Part shown: piece after piece, positions 27,427 through 38,152 of the stretch
Layout: every line of letters starts with the position of its first letter
How positions within the stretch are numbered: position 1 is the first letter of the stretch
Assembly (NCBI GenBank): GCA_964427275.1
Contig: CAYRSR010000002.1
Span: 1,956-65,955 of the forward strand
Direction of reading: 5' to 3'
DNA: 64,000 nucleotides
DNA from: an uncultured Candidatus Saccharibacteria bacterium
Lineage (GTDB): Bacteria; Patescibacteriota; Minisyncoccia; UBA6257; CAYRSR01
Translations under genes and position numbers: made by a program
The notes under the pieces: generated by a model
Database searches by the model: none
Told to the model about the DNA's origin: nothing
Seen by the model: the letters and a program-made list of their open reading frames with translations, nothing else

Positions 27427-27468
27427 GTAACGGTTTAAACTAATAAAAGATATAAGATTTGAATTTGA

Positions 27469-28509
27469 TTATATCTTGACCTGATTCTTTGGAAAAACTT
27501 CCAGGAATTTTCGATACTTTTTGAAATCTTCTAAGATTACCCCGGTCCCTCTAGATAAACATCCAATTGGGTCATCTACTCGAGATACTTTTATGGAGAG
27601 TTGTCTGGCCAAAAACTTATCTATTCCTCTTAGTAAACTACTCCCTCCGCAGATATAAATTCCATTTTTATAAATATCCCCGGCTAACTCAACTGGAGCT
27701 CTCTCAATTAATTCAGCTATACTATCGACAATAATTTTAAGGGGTTCTTCTAAAGCTATCTGAATGTGAGAACTCTTGACCACAATTTCACGAGGAAGTC
27801 CGGTATTAACATCACGACCTCTAGCAAGGGTATCTAATTTCTCCGACTCTCCTAATGCTGTACCAACTTCTATTTTAATTCTTTCGGCAGTTTTCTCTCC
27901 AATAATCAATCCTGCTTCCTTTTGAATAAAATTGATAATGTATCTATTAAACTGATTTCCAGCAACTTTCAATTTTTCTGAAATTACCACTCCTTCAGCA
28001 GACAGTAAGGCAATATTGGTAACCCCTCCTCCAATGTCTACAATCAAAATTGCCTGGGGCTGGTCAATATTCAAATGTGAACCTAAAGCAGCGGCAACTG
28101 GCTGGGAAACAAAAAATACTGTAGATGCCCCAATGCTCTGATAAAGATCTTCTATAGATTTTCTTTCTACTTCAGTTAAACCAATTGGTATGGTGGAAAC
28201 TACTAGAGTATTAAAAGACCAGGGGCAAGATTTAGCAAAAAATCTTTTCAACATCTCCTTGGCAATATCAAAATCTGAGATTACTCCATTAGATATTGGA
28301 GAAAGAGCAGTAATATGATGAGGGGTTCGGCAAAACATTTTATCAGCTGGTTTTCCCACTGCAGTAATTCGATTAGTTACATTATTAAATGCAACCATGG
28401 ATGGTTCTCTTAAGACAATTCCTTTCCGTCTCAGATAAATCAAAGTGTTACAGGTTCCTAAATCAACTCCTACACCCTTCTTAAAAATATTCACATTAAA
28501 AATACTCAT
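27469..28509 (-). CDS. Second actin-like MreB-family protein (divergent paralogue)
   Basis: GVDLGTCNT phosphate-1 motif, DIGGGVT, CGGSSLLRG; 346 aa; only distantly similar to the canonical mreB at 32081-33088. Confidence 0.7.
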   Translation of the reverse strand: MSIFNVNIFKKGVGVDLGTCNTLIYLRRKGIVLREPSMVAFNNVTNRITAVGKPADKMFCRTPHHITALSPISNGVISDFDIAKEMLKRFFAKSCPWSFNTLVVSTIPIGLTEVERKSIEDLYQSIGASTVFFVSQPVAAALGSHLNIDQPQAILIVDIGGGVTNIALLSAEGVVISEKLKVAGNQFNRYIINFIQKEAGLIIGEKTAERIKIEVGTALGESEKLDTLARGRDVNTGLPREIVVKSSHIQIALEEPLKIIVDSIAELIERAPVELAGDIYKNGIYICGGSSLLRGIDKFLARQLSIKVSRVDDPIGCLSRGTGVILEDFKKYRKFLEVFPKNQVKI

Positions 28510-29744
28510 ATTTTATTTAGTAACTGTCTTAAGCTAACTAATCTTTTTTTGGTTTGATTTCTTTTTTTGATTTCTATTTTGTTAACCGCCTTAGTTTTTG
28601 GACTTACTACCAGTCGATTTGGAATTCCAATTAGATCAGCATCGGCAAACTTCTCTCCAGCTGAAACCTTTCTATCATCACATAATACTTCAGCACTTTT
28701 CTGCTTAAGCTTAGCATATACTTTTTTTGCAAATTTTTCAACCTCCTTATCATTGGATAAAATTAGCAGATGGTACTGATAAGGACTGATTTCTTCAGGC
28801 CAGATAATTCCGGCTGAATCGTGATTTACTTCTACTACCGTAGCTAAAGTCCTTTCAATTCCTATTCCATAACAGCCCATGACTACTGGCTTAAGTTCCC
28901 CAGTTTTGGTTCTAAACCTAAGGTCTAGAGATTCTGAAAACCTGGTTCCTAATTTAAAAATATTTCCAACTTCAATAGCTCTGGTTTTTTTAATTGTTCC
29001 TTTACCGCAGCGAGGACATTTTTGTCCTTCTTTTAAACTGCTTATTTCTTTATTCTGGGAAAACTTGCAATTTTCACACCAGAAAATAGTATCTTCTCCA
29101 GAAGGACTTTCTACCATAAATTCATGAGAATATTTAGAAAAATAACCTCCGGAAGCTTCAGTAACTATTGCAGTTAACCCACATCTTTTAAATATTCTCA
29201 GATAAACTTTTTTCAATTTCTGGTAGTATTTTTCCAGGTCTGCTTGATCCTGGTGAAAACTATATAAATCCTTCATTGTAAATTCCCTCCCCCTTATTAA
29301 TCCAGACCTAGCTCTAGGTTCATCCCGAAACTTAGTTTGAATCTGATAAACTGAAATAGGTAGGTCCTGATAGGAAAGAATTATTGGCTTGGCTAATTCA
29401 GTAACTATTTCTTCATGAGTTGGCCCTAAAACTAACTTCTTGCCTGCTCTATCGACAAACTGATACATAATTTCACTCAAATCCTTAAATCGATTAGTTT
29501 GCTCCCAGATTTTTTGAGGTTGAACTGCAGGCATCAATATTTCCTGAGCTCCGATTTTATTTAGTTCTTCTCGAATGATATTTTCTATCTTCTTTTTAAC
29601 CCTTAACCCGAGAGGCAGAAAGCTATATACTCCAGCCATTAATTTACTAACAAATCCACCTTTAATTAAAAATCTAGCATTAGCTGATTTTTCTTCTTTA
29701 TAAAATTGCTTAGAAGTTTTTGAAAATAACTTAGACTGAAGCAT
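28506..29744 (-). CDS. proS: Prolyl-tRNA synthetase (minimal form, no editing insertion)
   Basis: Class II motifs (FRDE, GLIRGREFTMKD, GIGIER), an anticodon-binding domain and a C-terminal zinc-ribbon-like CxxC pair; 412 aa. Confidence 0.75.
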   Translation of the reverse strand: MLQSKLFSKTSKQFYKEEKSANARFLIKGGFVSKLMAGVYSFLPLGLRVKKKIENIIREELNKIGAQEILMPAVQPQKIWEQTNRFKDLSEIMYQFVDRAGKKLVLGPTHEEIVTELAKPIILSYQDLPISVYQIQTKFRDEPRARSGLIRGREFTMKDLYSFHQDQADLEKYYQKLKKVYLRIFKRCGLTAIVTEASGGYFSKYSHEFMVESPSGEDTIFWCENCKFSQNKEISSLKEGQKCPRCGKGTIKKTRAIEVGNIFKLGTRFSESLDLRFRTKTGELKPVVMGCYGIGIERTLATVVEVNHDSAGIIWPEEISPYQYHLLILSNDKEVEKFAKKVYAKLKQKSAEVLCDDRKVSAGEKFADADLIGIPNRLVVSPKTKAVNKIEIKKRNQTKKRLVSLRQLLNKI

Positions 29745-29763
29745 AATAAAACCCTTTTATTAA

Positions 29764-30777
29764 TTATAAAACCATTCTAATATCCTTGAAAACAAGTAAA
29801 ATGGCTAAAATTAACAAAAAGATAAATCCATAGGCATTAATTGTTGAAACAATTTTCTTAGATAAGGGACGACCCTTAATTTTTTCAATGGCAGTATAAA
29901 CTAAAAACATTCCATCCAGAGCAGGAAATGGTAGTAAATTGAAAACTGCCAAACCTACTGAAATACTAGCCATTACCTGCACAAGGTAAATTAGTCCAAT
30001 CTGACCAATTTTATAGGCAAAAAATACCATTCCTACCGGACCAACTACATCCTGAAGTAGTTCGGGCTTTACAAAAGATTGAGTAATAATTTTGTATAGT
30101 CCCTGAAGAGTAGCTCTTATAACCCAGAAAGTTCGTCTAGTAGCTACAGCAAGACTTCCCAAAAAAGATTGCTTGGGAATTCCAGCATCAAAAAAGCCAA
30201 TACCTAGCTTTCCTTCTCCAGAAGGAGGAGATACTCTAGGAACAATTGATTTGGTTAAAATATTACCATTTCGCCTTATTTTTAAAGTTATTTTCTTTCC
30301 AGCCTGTTGGTTTAAGAACTGAATCATTTGCTCACCTGTAAATGGAAAATCTAATCGCTGCTGCCCGTAGCTTAAGTTAATAATTTGGTCCTGAACTTGA
30401 AGACCGGCTTGTTCAGCTGGTGAACCGGGAAAAACCTTGTTGATTAACAAAACCGGGTCAGTTCCTATCAGGGACACCATAACAAATAACAAAAATCCTA
30501 ACATTAGATTAAAAAGTACTCCCCCAAGAAAAATAGCCGATTTATGTAAAGGAGGCTGTCTGAGCAGGTCGGTTTCAGATATTTTGTTAAACCCACCAAA
30601 CGGTATAGCATTGATGCTATATTTGGTTCCTCCAAGCTTCTTAGAAAAAATGCAGGGAGGATAACCAAGTCCAAATTCTTCAACCTTAACCCTAAAAGAT
30701 TTTGCTAAGCAAAAATGTCCGAATTCATGAACCAAAACGATTATTGAAAGAAAAATTACTGCTAATAAATAAATCAT
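29764..30777 (-). CDS. rseP: RIP site-2 metalloprotease RseP
   Basis: HEFGHF HExxH motif in TM1, PDZ domain, LDG motif; 337 aa. Confidence 0.85.
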   Translation of the reverse strand: MIYLLAVIFLSIIVLVHEFGHFCLAKSFRVKVEEFGLGYPPCIFSKKLGGTKYSINAIPFGGFNKISETDLLRQPPLHKSAIFLGGVLFNLMLGFLLFVMVSLIGTDPVLLINKVFPGSPAEQAGLQVQDQIINLSYGQQRLDFPFTGEQMIQFLNQQAGKKITLKIRRNGNILTKSIVPRVSPPSGEGKLGIGFFDAGIPKQSFLGSLAVATRRTFWVIRATLQGLYKIITQSFVKPELLQDVVGPVGMVFFAYKIGQIGLIYLVQVMASISVGLAVFNLLPFPALDGMFLVYTAIEKIKGRPLSKKIVSTINAYGFIFLLILAILLVFKDIRMVL

Positions 30778-31310
30778 CTCTGTATTTCTTCAATTTTAGA
30801 TTGAACAATTTGTTGAATCTGATTATTAATCTCTTTAGTGTGTTGGTCAATTTGTTCTTTTAACCTAAACTTTTGATCCTCGGTAAGTTCTTTATCTAGG
30901 TACTTTTGTTCAATTTGTTTATTAAAATTATCTCGTTCAGCTCGAATTAAAATTCTAGTTTGTTCAGCAATACTTTTAACCTGCTTAATTATTTGCTGTT
31001 TTCTTTCTGAAGACAGTGGAGGGAGCTTTACAAAAATTGTTTTCTCCGAAACCCGGTTAGAATAACCGCGCTTGGATAAAGCTCTGGTAATCTCTGGAAT
31101 AGCATCTTTATCCCATACTTCAATTGAAAATTCCTGGACTGAAGGCATCCGAATAGTAGCTAGTTGTTTTAAGGGAATTTGCTGTTGATAATATTCTATT
31201 TTAATGTCCCCAATTAAGCTTGAATCAATCCTACTTCCTCTAATTAAATTTAGTTTTTGTCTAAAGTTATCAACAATTTGTTTAGTTTTAGTTTTATAAT
31301 CTTCTAGCAT
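30774..31310 (-). CDS. frr: Ribosome recycling factor
   Basis: Typical RRF three-helix bundle plus beta domain; 178 aa. Confidence 0.85.
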   Translation of the reverse strand: MLEDYKTKTKQIVDNFRQKLNLIRGSRIDSSLIGDIKIEYYQQQIPLKQLATIRMPSVQEFSIEVWDKDAIPEITRALSKRGYSNRVSEKTIFVKLPPLSSERKQQIIKQVKSIAEQTRILIRAERDNFNKQIEQKYLDKELTEDQKFRLKEQIDQHTKEINNQIQQIVQSKIEEIQR

Positions 31311-31311
31311 A

Positions 31312-32052
31312 TTAGTCTTCAGCTACCATTAGTTCTAATGCCCTTTGTTGAAGTTTTCGATTTAAATTATATTTAGAAAGCTCCACCTGTTTATTTAAAA
31401 GCATCTTAATTTTAGAATATTTTTTCTCTTTTCTCAATTTAATTATTATCCGTTCAATCCTTTCATTAAGGTCTTTAATTTGGTTATTTTGCTTTAGTAA
31501 CTGGATAGCTCTTCCTAGTCGACCAAAAGAATCTTTAGCCAGTTTCTCAGCTAAATCTTCAGTCAGGTTATATTTGACAAGTAAGATTTTTTTTATCCGG
31601 CATTCAGGCAAAGTTGGAAAATAAATCTTAGTTAACCTTGAACTTAAGGTTTCTAAAAGAAATAAAGGATTCCTGGCAATAAGAATAATTACAGAATAAG
31701 CCGGTGGCTCTTCAACAATCTTTAATAAGGCATTGCTAGCTTGATAAGTAAGTAAATCAGCCTGGTCAATAACTACCGAACGATATTTCGATTTCAAAGG
31801 TTTAAGCTTCAAAAACCTTTTGATTTCCTTAACTTTATCTATACCAATTTTACTCTCTGGAAGAATTATCCGAGCATCAATTAAGTTGGTAAAATGGCTA
31901 TAATTTCCCTTTTCCAGAAAATTTACCAATTCTAACGCAAAACTAAACTTACCTACGCTTTTCTCTCCAAAAAAAACATAACTTCCAGATAGTCTACCCT
32001 CATTAATTAGTTTTTCAAACTGCTTGTATTTTTCTTCCAGACCAAATAGCAT
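31312..32052 (-). CDS. holB: DNA polymerase III delta-prime-like AAA+ clamp-loader subunit
   Basis: Walker A-like GEKSVGKFS; SNALLKIVEEPP box; SRL(TKI) sensor motif; 246 aa. Confidence 0.55.
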   Translation of the reverse strand: MLFGLEEKYKQFEKLINEGRLSGSYVFFGEKSVGKFSFALELVNFLEKGNYSHFTNLIDARIILPESKIGIDKVKEIKRFLKLKPLKSKYRSVVIDQADLLTYQASNALLKIVEEPPAYSVIILIARNPLFLLETLSSRLTKIYFPTLPECRIKKILLVKYNLTEDLAEKLAKDSFGRLGRAIQLLKQNNQIKDLNERIERIIIKLRKEKKYSKIKMLLNKQVELSKYNLNRKLQQRALELMVAED

Positions 32053-32080
32053 AAGTTTTCAGTCTAATATTTGCTATATT

Positions 32081-33088
32081 TTAGAACTTTGATAGTAATG
32101 CCCTTTTATAAACATCAAGATGGTCCAGAATAAGGGCAGTCCCTTTAACCACACAATATAAAGGATCTTCAGCTACATAAGCTGGTACTTTCAAAACTTT
32201 TTCAAAGTATTTATCAATTTTCCTTAGTTTTGCTGTTCCTCCGCTAATTATTATTCCTTTTTCCATTATATCAGCTACCAGCTCTGGGGGGGTCTGATTA
32301 AACACTTTCTCAATACTTCTAGCAATTTCACTTAAATGAAAGGAAATGGCTTCCTGGACATGAACATTCTGAATAACTAAATCTTTAGGTAATCCGGTTC
32401 TGAAATCTCTTCCTCTTATTTTAAGTTCAACAATTTTTTTGGGAGGCAGAGCTTCGCCTATTTCAAATTTAATTTTCTCGGCTGTTCTTTCACCAATAAC
32501 TAACTTAAATCTTTTTTTAATGTAGCTAGCAATAGCCTGATCAAGCTTATTGCCACCAATTTTTTCACTGGCATAAGAAACAATTCCACCCAGAGAAATT
32601 ACTGCTATTTCTGAAGTTCCTCCACCTAAATTAACAATCATATTTCCTTCAGAAGAATTAATTGGAATTCCTGCCCCTAAAGCTGCTAAAATTGGCTCCT
32701 TTACTAGGTATACTTCTCTAGCCCCGGCTTCTTTAGCTGCCTTCACTACAGCTCTCCTTTCTACTGGAGTAATTCCACAAGAGACTGATATTGCTACCTC
32801 TGGCTTAAGTAAATTGAATCGACCAATAGCTTTATTAATAAAATAGGCAAGCATAGCCTTGGTAATATAGTACTCGGCAATTACTCCTTCTTTTAATGGC
32901 TTATAAATTACAATATTAGAAGGAGTTTTACCAACCATTTCCTTAGCTTCCCGACCAACCGCCATTACTTTATTTTCTGGCTTAACTAAGGCTACCGCAG
33001 TTGGTTCATTAATTACTACTCCTTTTCCTGGAACATAAACTAAAGTATTGGTAGTTCCTAAATCAATTCCCAGCTTAGATATCAGCAT
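32081..33088 (-). CDS. mreB: Rod-shape-determining protein MreB
   Basis: GIDLGTTNT, VNLGGGTS, SGGTAKL motifs; 335 aa. Confidence 0.9.
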   Translation of the reverse strand: MLISKLGIDLGTTNTLVYVPGKGVVINEPTAVALVKPENKVMAVGREAKEMVGKTPSNIVIYKPLKEGVIAEYYITKAMLAYFINKAIGRFNLLKPEVAISVSCGITPVERRAVVKAAKEAGAREVYLVKEPILAALGAGIPINSSEGNMIVNLGGGTSEIAVISLGGIVSYASEKIGGNKLDQAIASYIKKRFKLVIGERTAEKIKFEIGEALPPKKIVELKIRGRDFRTGLPKDLVIQNVHVQEAISFHLSEIARSIEKVFNQTPPELVADIMEKGIIISGGTAKLRKIDKYFEKVLKVPAYVAEDPLYCVVKGTALILDHLDVYKRALLSKF

Positions 33089-33274
33089 AAGTCTAAGGTA
33101 ACTTACTTGTTTGCAGGCTTAATAAATGCTTGAAAACTCATACTTTAAAATTTTGTATTGCTTTATTATAATATAGTCTAACTTCAAAAGTCAATTAAAG
33201 TTAAATTAAATCACTTTTCCAGAATCTTATTTCTCTTGTTTTAGAAATTTCTTGAGACTATAATTATTAAGTCT

Positions 33275-36200
33275 ATGGAATTTGTTCACCTTCATACTCA
33301 CAGTCATTATTCACTTTTAGACGGACTAGCCAAGATTGACGAGTTAATAGACCGGGCTAAGGAATTGGAAATGAAAGCTCTAGCCTTAACTGACCATGGA
33401 AATCTTTATGGAGCTATCGAATTTTACAAAAAAGCTAAATTAAAAGGTATAAAGCCAATTCTAGGAGTAGAAGCTTACCTAGCTTTAAAAGACAGATTTA
33501 CTAAGAGACCTAAAGTTGATTCAAAAAATTATCACTTGACTCTAATTTGTAAGAATAATACTGGCTGGAAAAATTTATTAAAATTGGTAACAAAATCTTA
33601 CCTGGAAGGATTCTATTATCATCCAAGAATGGATAAGGAATTGCTGACTCAGTATCATGAAGGGTTAATCGGAATGTCTGGGTGCCTAGCGGGTGAAATT
33701 CCCCAGCTTCTATTAGAAAACAAATTTGAACAAGCTAAAAATAAATTAGCAGAATACCAGAAAATCTTTGGGAAAGAAAATTTTTATCTAGAATTAAGTG
33801 CTCATCCAGAAGTAAAAAAAATAAACCTAGTAAATCAAAGAATAATCAAGTTAGCTAAACAAACCAATACTCCATTGGTTGCTACTCAGGATATTCATTA
33901 TCTTTATCCCGAAGATGCTAAGTATCACCAGATACTTTTAAATGTTCAAACTAATCATGCGGAAAAATTAGTTATGGAAGGTGACTATTCAATGCGCTCT
34001 CCTCAACAAATGTTTCAAATTTTTAAAGATATTCCTGAAGCTATTTCCAATACAGTAAAAATTGCTGAGCAATGCAATGTTGAAATTGAGTTAGGAAAAG
34101 TTCAATTACCTAAATTCAAAGATTCTGAAGAACAGGATTCATTTAGCTATTTGAAAGAACTGGTTAAAGAAAAATTACCTTCAAAGTTTTCTCAAGTTAC
34201 TCCTGAAATTAGAAACAGAATCAACTATGAGCTTTCAGTAATTAAAAAAACTAACTTTGCAGATTACTTCTTAATTGTTCAGGATGTTTGCAACTGGGCT
34301 AGAAAACGAAAAATCGTAGTAGGTCCAGGCCGAGGTTCAGCAGCTGGAAGTCTAGTTGCCTATGTTCTGGGAATAGTAAAAATTAACCCACTAAAGTACG
34401 ATCTTTTGTTTGAAAGATTTCTTAATCCCCAAAGAGTTCAGCTTCCAGACATTGATATTGACTTTGCTGATACCAGAAGAGATGAAGTAATAGATTATGT
34501 TCGCCAAAAATATGGAAAAGACAGAGTAGCTCAAATTGTCACTTTTGATACTATGGCAGCTAGAGCAGCAATAAGAGATACTGGTAGATCTTTGGGATAT
34601 AGCTATAGCTTCTGCGACAAAATAGCCAAGTTAATTCCACCCAATCTTTCACTAAACCAAGCATTAAATACTTTACCGGAATTAAATCAACTTTACCTGA
34701 GCAATCAACAAGTTAAAAATCTAATTGATTCAGCCAAAAAATTAGAAGGGGTAGTCAGGCATGCCTCAGTTCATGCCTGTGGAGTAGTGATTTCAAAGTA
34801 TCCACTAACTGATTTAGTTCCTTTGCAATTTGCTCCTCAGGATAAGTATTGCATTATTACTCAATTTGACATGCATTCAATTGAAGATCTGGGATTACTA
34901 AAAATAGATTTTCTAGGATTAAGAAATTTAACCATCATAGAAGAGACTTTAAAACTAATAAAAGAACATTATAATCGAGATATAAGAATTGAAGATATTC
35001 CTGAGGATGACAAGCAAACTTTTGATTTACTCAAACGTGGAAATACTGCCGGAATATTTCAACTTGAATCTGAAGGAATGACTGCTTACCTTAAGAAACT
35101 AAAACCAAATCGGTTTGAAGACATTATAGCCATGATAGCTCTCTATCGCCCGGGACCACTAAAGGCAGGTTTAATTCCCAGCTACATTAATAGAAAAAAT
35201 GGAAAGGAAAAGATTGAATACATTCATCCAAAGCTTGAACCAATTTTAAAAGCAACTTATGGAGTGCCAATTTATCAAGAACAGTTGATGAAAATTGTCC
35301 AGGTGCTGGCTAATTTTTCTCTGGCTGAGGCTGATATTTTAAGAAAAGCTATAGGAAAGAAAAGAGAGGATTTAATTAAAAGACTTTCCCAAAAAATAAT
35401 TGACGGAATGGTAAAAAACAACATTCCAAGAAACACTGCACTTCGAATCTGGGAGTGGATAAAGCCATTTGCTGGCTACGGCTTCAACAAAAGCCACAGT
35501 GCTTGTTATGCCACAATTTCTTATCAAACTGCTTACCTTAAGGCTCACTTTCCAGTTGAATTTGCTGCAGCTTTATTTAATGCTTCTTTGTTTGATATTG
35601 ACCGAGTTGCTTACCTAATCAAGCAAGTTGAAGAATCTAATATAAAGGTCTTACCTCCAGATGTAAATTTGAGTCAGGCCAAATTTAGTCCTGAGGAAAA
35701 TAATATCAGATTTGGTTTAATAGCTATAAAAAATGTCGGAATAGGTTTAGCAAGCGAAATTGTTGAAAATAGGATCCAGAATGGTCCATTTCAAAACTTA
35801 GCTGATTTCCTATTTAGAATTAAGCACAATCTAAACAAAAAATCTCTGGAAAGCTTAATCAAGTCTGGAGCACTGGATAGCCTTGGAACAAGCCGAGAGA
35901 CTGCAATTGACAACTTAGACAAGTTGCTTAAATTTAACTCATCCAACAAAATATCTACCCAGCCAGCTTTATTTAGCTATCAGCCTTCAAAATTATCATT
36001 AAAACTAAAACCGTCTAAGCCTAATTTGAGTTTAAGACTTTCCTGGGAAAAGGAATATTTAGGGGCTTATCTTACTGGCCACCCATTGCATTTAATTAAA
36101 GTAAACCAGAAAGATATAACTCCAATTAGCAAATTAAAGGAAAAAATCGGCAAAAAATTAACTATAATCGGGATAATTTCTAAGATTAAGAAGAAAATAA

Positions 36201-36397
36201 CCAAACTTGGTGAACCAATGTTATTCGTAAAACTAGAAGATTTAACCGAACAAGTAGAGATAGTAGTTTTCCCAAAAGTTTTAACCAGTTATCCTGAATT
36301 ATTTAAGGAAAATAAAATAATAATGGCAAGAGGCCTAGTTTCTTCAAGATTAGGAAAGATAAGTTTTATTTGCGACCAAGTTAAATTACTAAGATAA
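33275..36397 (+). CDS. dnaE: DNA polymerase III alpha subunit
   Basis: PHP domain FVHLHTHSHYSLLDG; polymerase core; OB fold; 1040 aa. Confidence 0.9.
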   Translation: MEFVHLHTHSHYSLLDGLAKIDELIDRAKELEMKALALTDHGNLYGAIEFYKKAKLKGIKPILGVEAYLALKDRFTKRPKVDSKNYHLTLICKNNTGWKNLLKLVTKSYLEGFYYHPRMDKELLTQYHEGLIGMSGCLAGEIPQLLLENKFEQAKNKLAEYQKIFGKENFYLELSAHPEVKKINLVNQRIIKLAKQTNTPLVATQDIHYLYPEDAKYHQILLNVQTNHAEKLVMEGDYSMRSPQQMFQIFKDIPEAISNTVKIAEQCNVEIELGKVQLPKFKDSEEQDSFSYLKELVKEKLPSKFSQVTPEIRNRINYELSVIKKTNFADYFLIVQDVCNWARKRKIVVGPGRGSAAGSLVAYVLGIVKINPLKYDLLFERFLNPQRVQLPDIDIDFADTRRDEVIDYVRQKYGKDRVAQIVTFDTMAARAAIRDTGRSLGYSYSFCDKIAKLIPPNLSLNQALNTLPELNQLYLSNQQVKNLIDSAKKLEGVVRHASVHACGVVISKYPLTDLVPLQFAPQDKYCIITQFDMHSIEDLGLLKIDFLGLRNLTIIEETLKLIKEHYNRDIRIEDIPEDDKQTFDLLKRGNTAGIFQLESEGMTAYLKKLKPNRFEDIIAMIALYRPGPLKAGLIPSYINRKNGKEKIEYIHPKLEPILKATYGVPIYQEQLMKIVQVLANFSLAEADILRKAIGKKREDLIKRLSQKIIDGMVKNNIPRNTALRIWEWIKPFAGYGFNKSHSACYATISYQTAYLKAHFPVEFAAALFNASLFDIDRVAYLIKQVEESNIKVLPPDVNLSQAKFSPEENNIRFGLIAIKNVGIGLASEIVENRIQNGPFQNLADFLFRIKHNLNKKSLESLIKSGALDSLGTSRETAIDNLDKLLKFNSSNKISTQPALFSYQPSKLSLKLKPSKPNLSLRLSWEKEYLGAYLTGHPLHLIKVNQKDITPISKLKEKIGKKLTIIGIISKIKKKITKLGEPMLFVKLEDLTEQVEIVVFPKVLTSYPELFKENKIIMARGLVSSRLGKISFICDQVKLLR

Positions 36398-36399
36398 AA

Positions 36400-38109
36400 A
36401 TGTCCAGATACAAACTATCCACTATCAGACACTCTCTAGCTCATATCCTAGCCACCGCAGTTTATGAACTTTACCCCAATGCTAAATTTGGTACTGGGCC
36501 AGCTACAGAAAACGGGTTCTATTACGACATAAAATTTGAAACTAAAATTGCCGAAAAAGACCTACAGAAGATTGAATCAAAAATGAAGGAATTAATAGAT
36601 GAAAACATTCCATTTATAAAGCAAGAGATTTCTATCAGTCAGGCTAAAAAAATATTTGAAAATCAACCTTTTAAGCTGGAGTTAATACAAGAATTGAGCA
36701 GAAAACAGAAATACGTATCAGTTTATCAAAGTAAAGATTTTATTGATTTGTGTAAAGGACCTCATGTAAGAAAATCTGGAATAATCAATAAAAGTGCATT
36801 TAAATTGACTAGAATTGCTAGTGCTTATTGGAAAGGAGATGAAAAAAATCCAATGCTAACTAGAATCTATGGAGTTGCATTTACCACCAAGGAGGAGCTA
36901 GAAAAGTATTTAGAAAATCTAAAAGAAATCAAGTTAAGAGATCACCGAACCTTAGGGCAAACTTTGGAATTGTTTATGTTTGATGAAGAAGTAGGAGCTG
37001 GGCTTCCTTTATGGTTACCAAAAGGAGAAACCTTACGTCACATTATTGAAGAATATCTTTACAAAGAACTTAAATCTACTGGATATCAATGGGTGAGAAC
37101 TCCTCACATTGGTAATCTAAAGCTCTGGAAAACCTCAGGACACTGGGAACTTTACCGAGAAAACATGTATTCTCCAATAGAAGTAGATAACCAGAAGTAC
37201 TTACTTAAACCAATGAACTGTCCTTTTCATGTTAAGATTTATCAGTACAAGGTTAGAAGCTACAAAGACTTGCCTTTAAGGTATGCTGAATTAGGTACTG
37301 TGTACCGATATGAAAGAACTGGAGTTCTTCATGGATTAACCAGAGTTAGAGGTTTTACTCAGGATGATGCTCATATCTGGTGCACTCCAGCACAACTATC
37401 TGATGAACTAACTAGAATTTTAAAGCAAGGCCTAAAAATCTTAAAAACCTTTGGATTTAGAGAATTTAACATTTACCTTTCTACCAGACCTGAAAAATAT
37501 GCTGGAACCATTAAAAAATGGCAGAAAGCTACTAAAAGTTTGAAATATGTACTAAATAAACTGAACCTGGATTATAAAATTGACCGTGGAGGAGGAGTAT
37601 TTTATGGACCAAAAATTGACATAAAGATTAAAGATGCATTAGGTCGAGAATGGCAATGTACTACCATTCAGGTAGACTTTAACTTACCAGAAAGATTCAA
37701 TATTGTTTATATGGATGAATCTGGCAAAAAAAGACAACCAATTATGATTCATCGAGCCTTATTAGGATCCATTGAGCGATTTATTGGAATACTTTTAGAG
37801 CATTATCGAGGAGCTTTACCTCTATGGCTATCACCTATTCAGGTAGTTATACTTCCGATTGCTAAGCGTCATCTAAATTATGCCAAAAAAATTCAAAAAC
37901 AACTAAACCTACGCTCTGAAATCTGGCTAGAAAAGCAAACATTGGCTAAAAGAATTAGAGAGGCTGAGATTCAGAAAATTCCTTACATGCTGATAGTTGG
38001 TGACCGGGAAATCAAGGAAAATCAAGTTGCAATAAGAAGCGAAAAGAAAGGAGACTTAGGTAGAATGAAGCTAGAACAATTTTTGAAAGAAATCAAAACT
38101 AAGAATTGA
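36400..38109 (+). CDS. thrS: Threonyl-tRNA synthetase (lacks the N-terminal TGS domain)
   Basis: Editing-domain HxxxH (HSLAHIL), class II core, HRALLGSIERFIGILLEH, anticodon-binding domain; 569 aa. Confidence 0.85.
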   Translation: MSRYKLSTIRHSLAHILATAVYELYPNAKFGTGPATENGFYYDIKFETKIAEKDLQKIESKMKELIDENIPFIKQEISISQAKKIFENQPFKLELIQELSRKQKYVSVYQSKDFIDLCKGPHVRKSGIINKSAFKLTRIASAYWKGDEKNPMLTRIYGVAFTTKEELEKYLENLKEIKLRDHRTLGQTLELFMFDEEVGAGLPLWLPKGETLRHIIEEYLYKELKSTGYQWVRTPHIGNLKLWKTSGHWELYRENMYSPIEVDNQKYLLKPMNCPFHVKIYQYKVRSYKDLPLRYAELGTVYRYERTGVLHGLTRVRGFTQDDAHIWCTPAQLSDELTRILKQGLKILKTFGFREFNIYLSTRPEKYAGTIKKWQKATKSLKYVLNKLNLDYKIDRGGGVFYGPKIDIKIKDALGREWQCTTIQVDFNLPERFNIVYMDESGKKRQPIMIHRALLGSIERFIGILLEHYRGALPLWLSPIQVVILPIAKRHLNYAKKIQKQLNLRSEIWLEKQTLAKRIREAEIQKIPYMLIVGDREIKENQVAIRSEKKGDLGRMKLEQFLKEIKTKN

Positions 38110-38152
38110 ATTTACCTGATAAGATTATTAGATTTGTATAGTTCCTATAGTA

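Noticed and set aside
28567-30664. Small plus-strand ORFs inside proS and rseP (28567-28779, 28879-29127, 30437-30664)
   Set aside because: They are opposite-strand artefacts within conserved genes.
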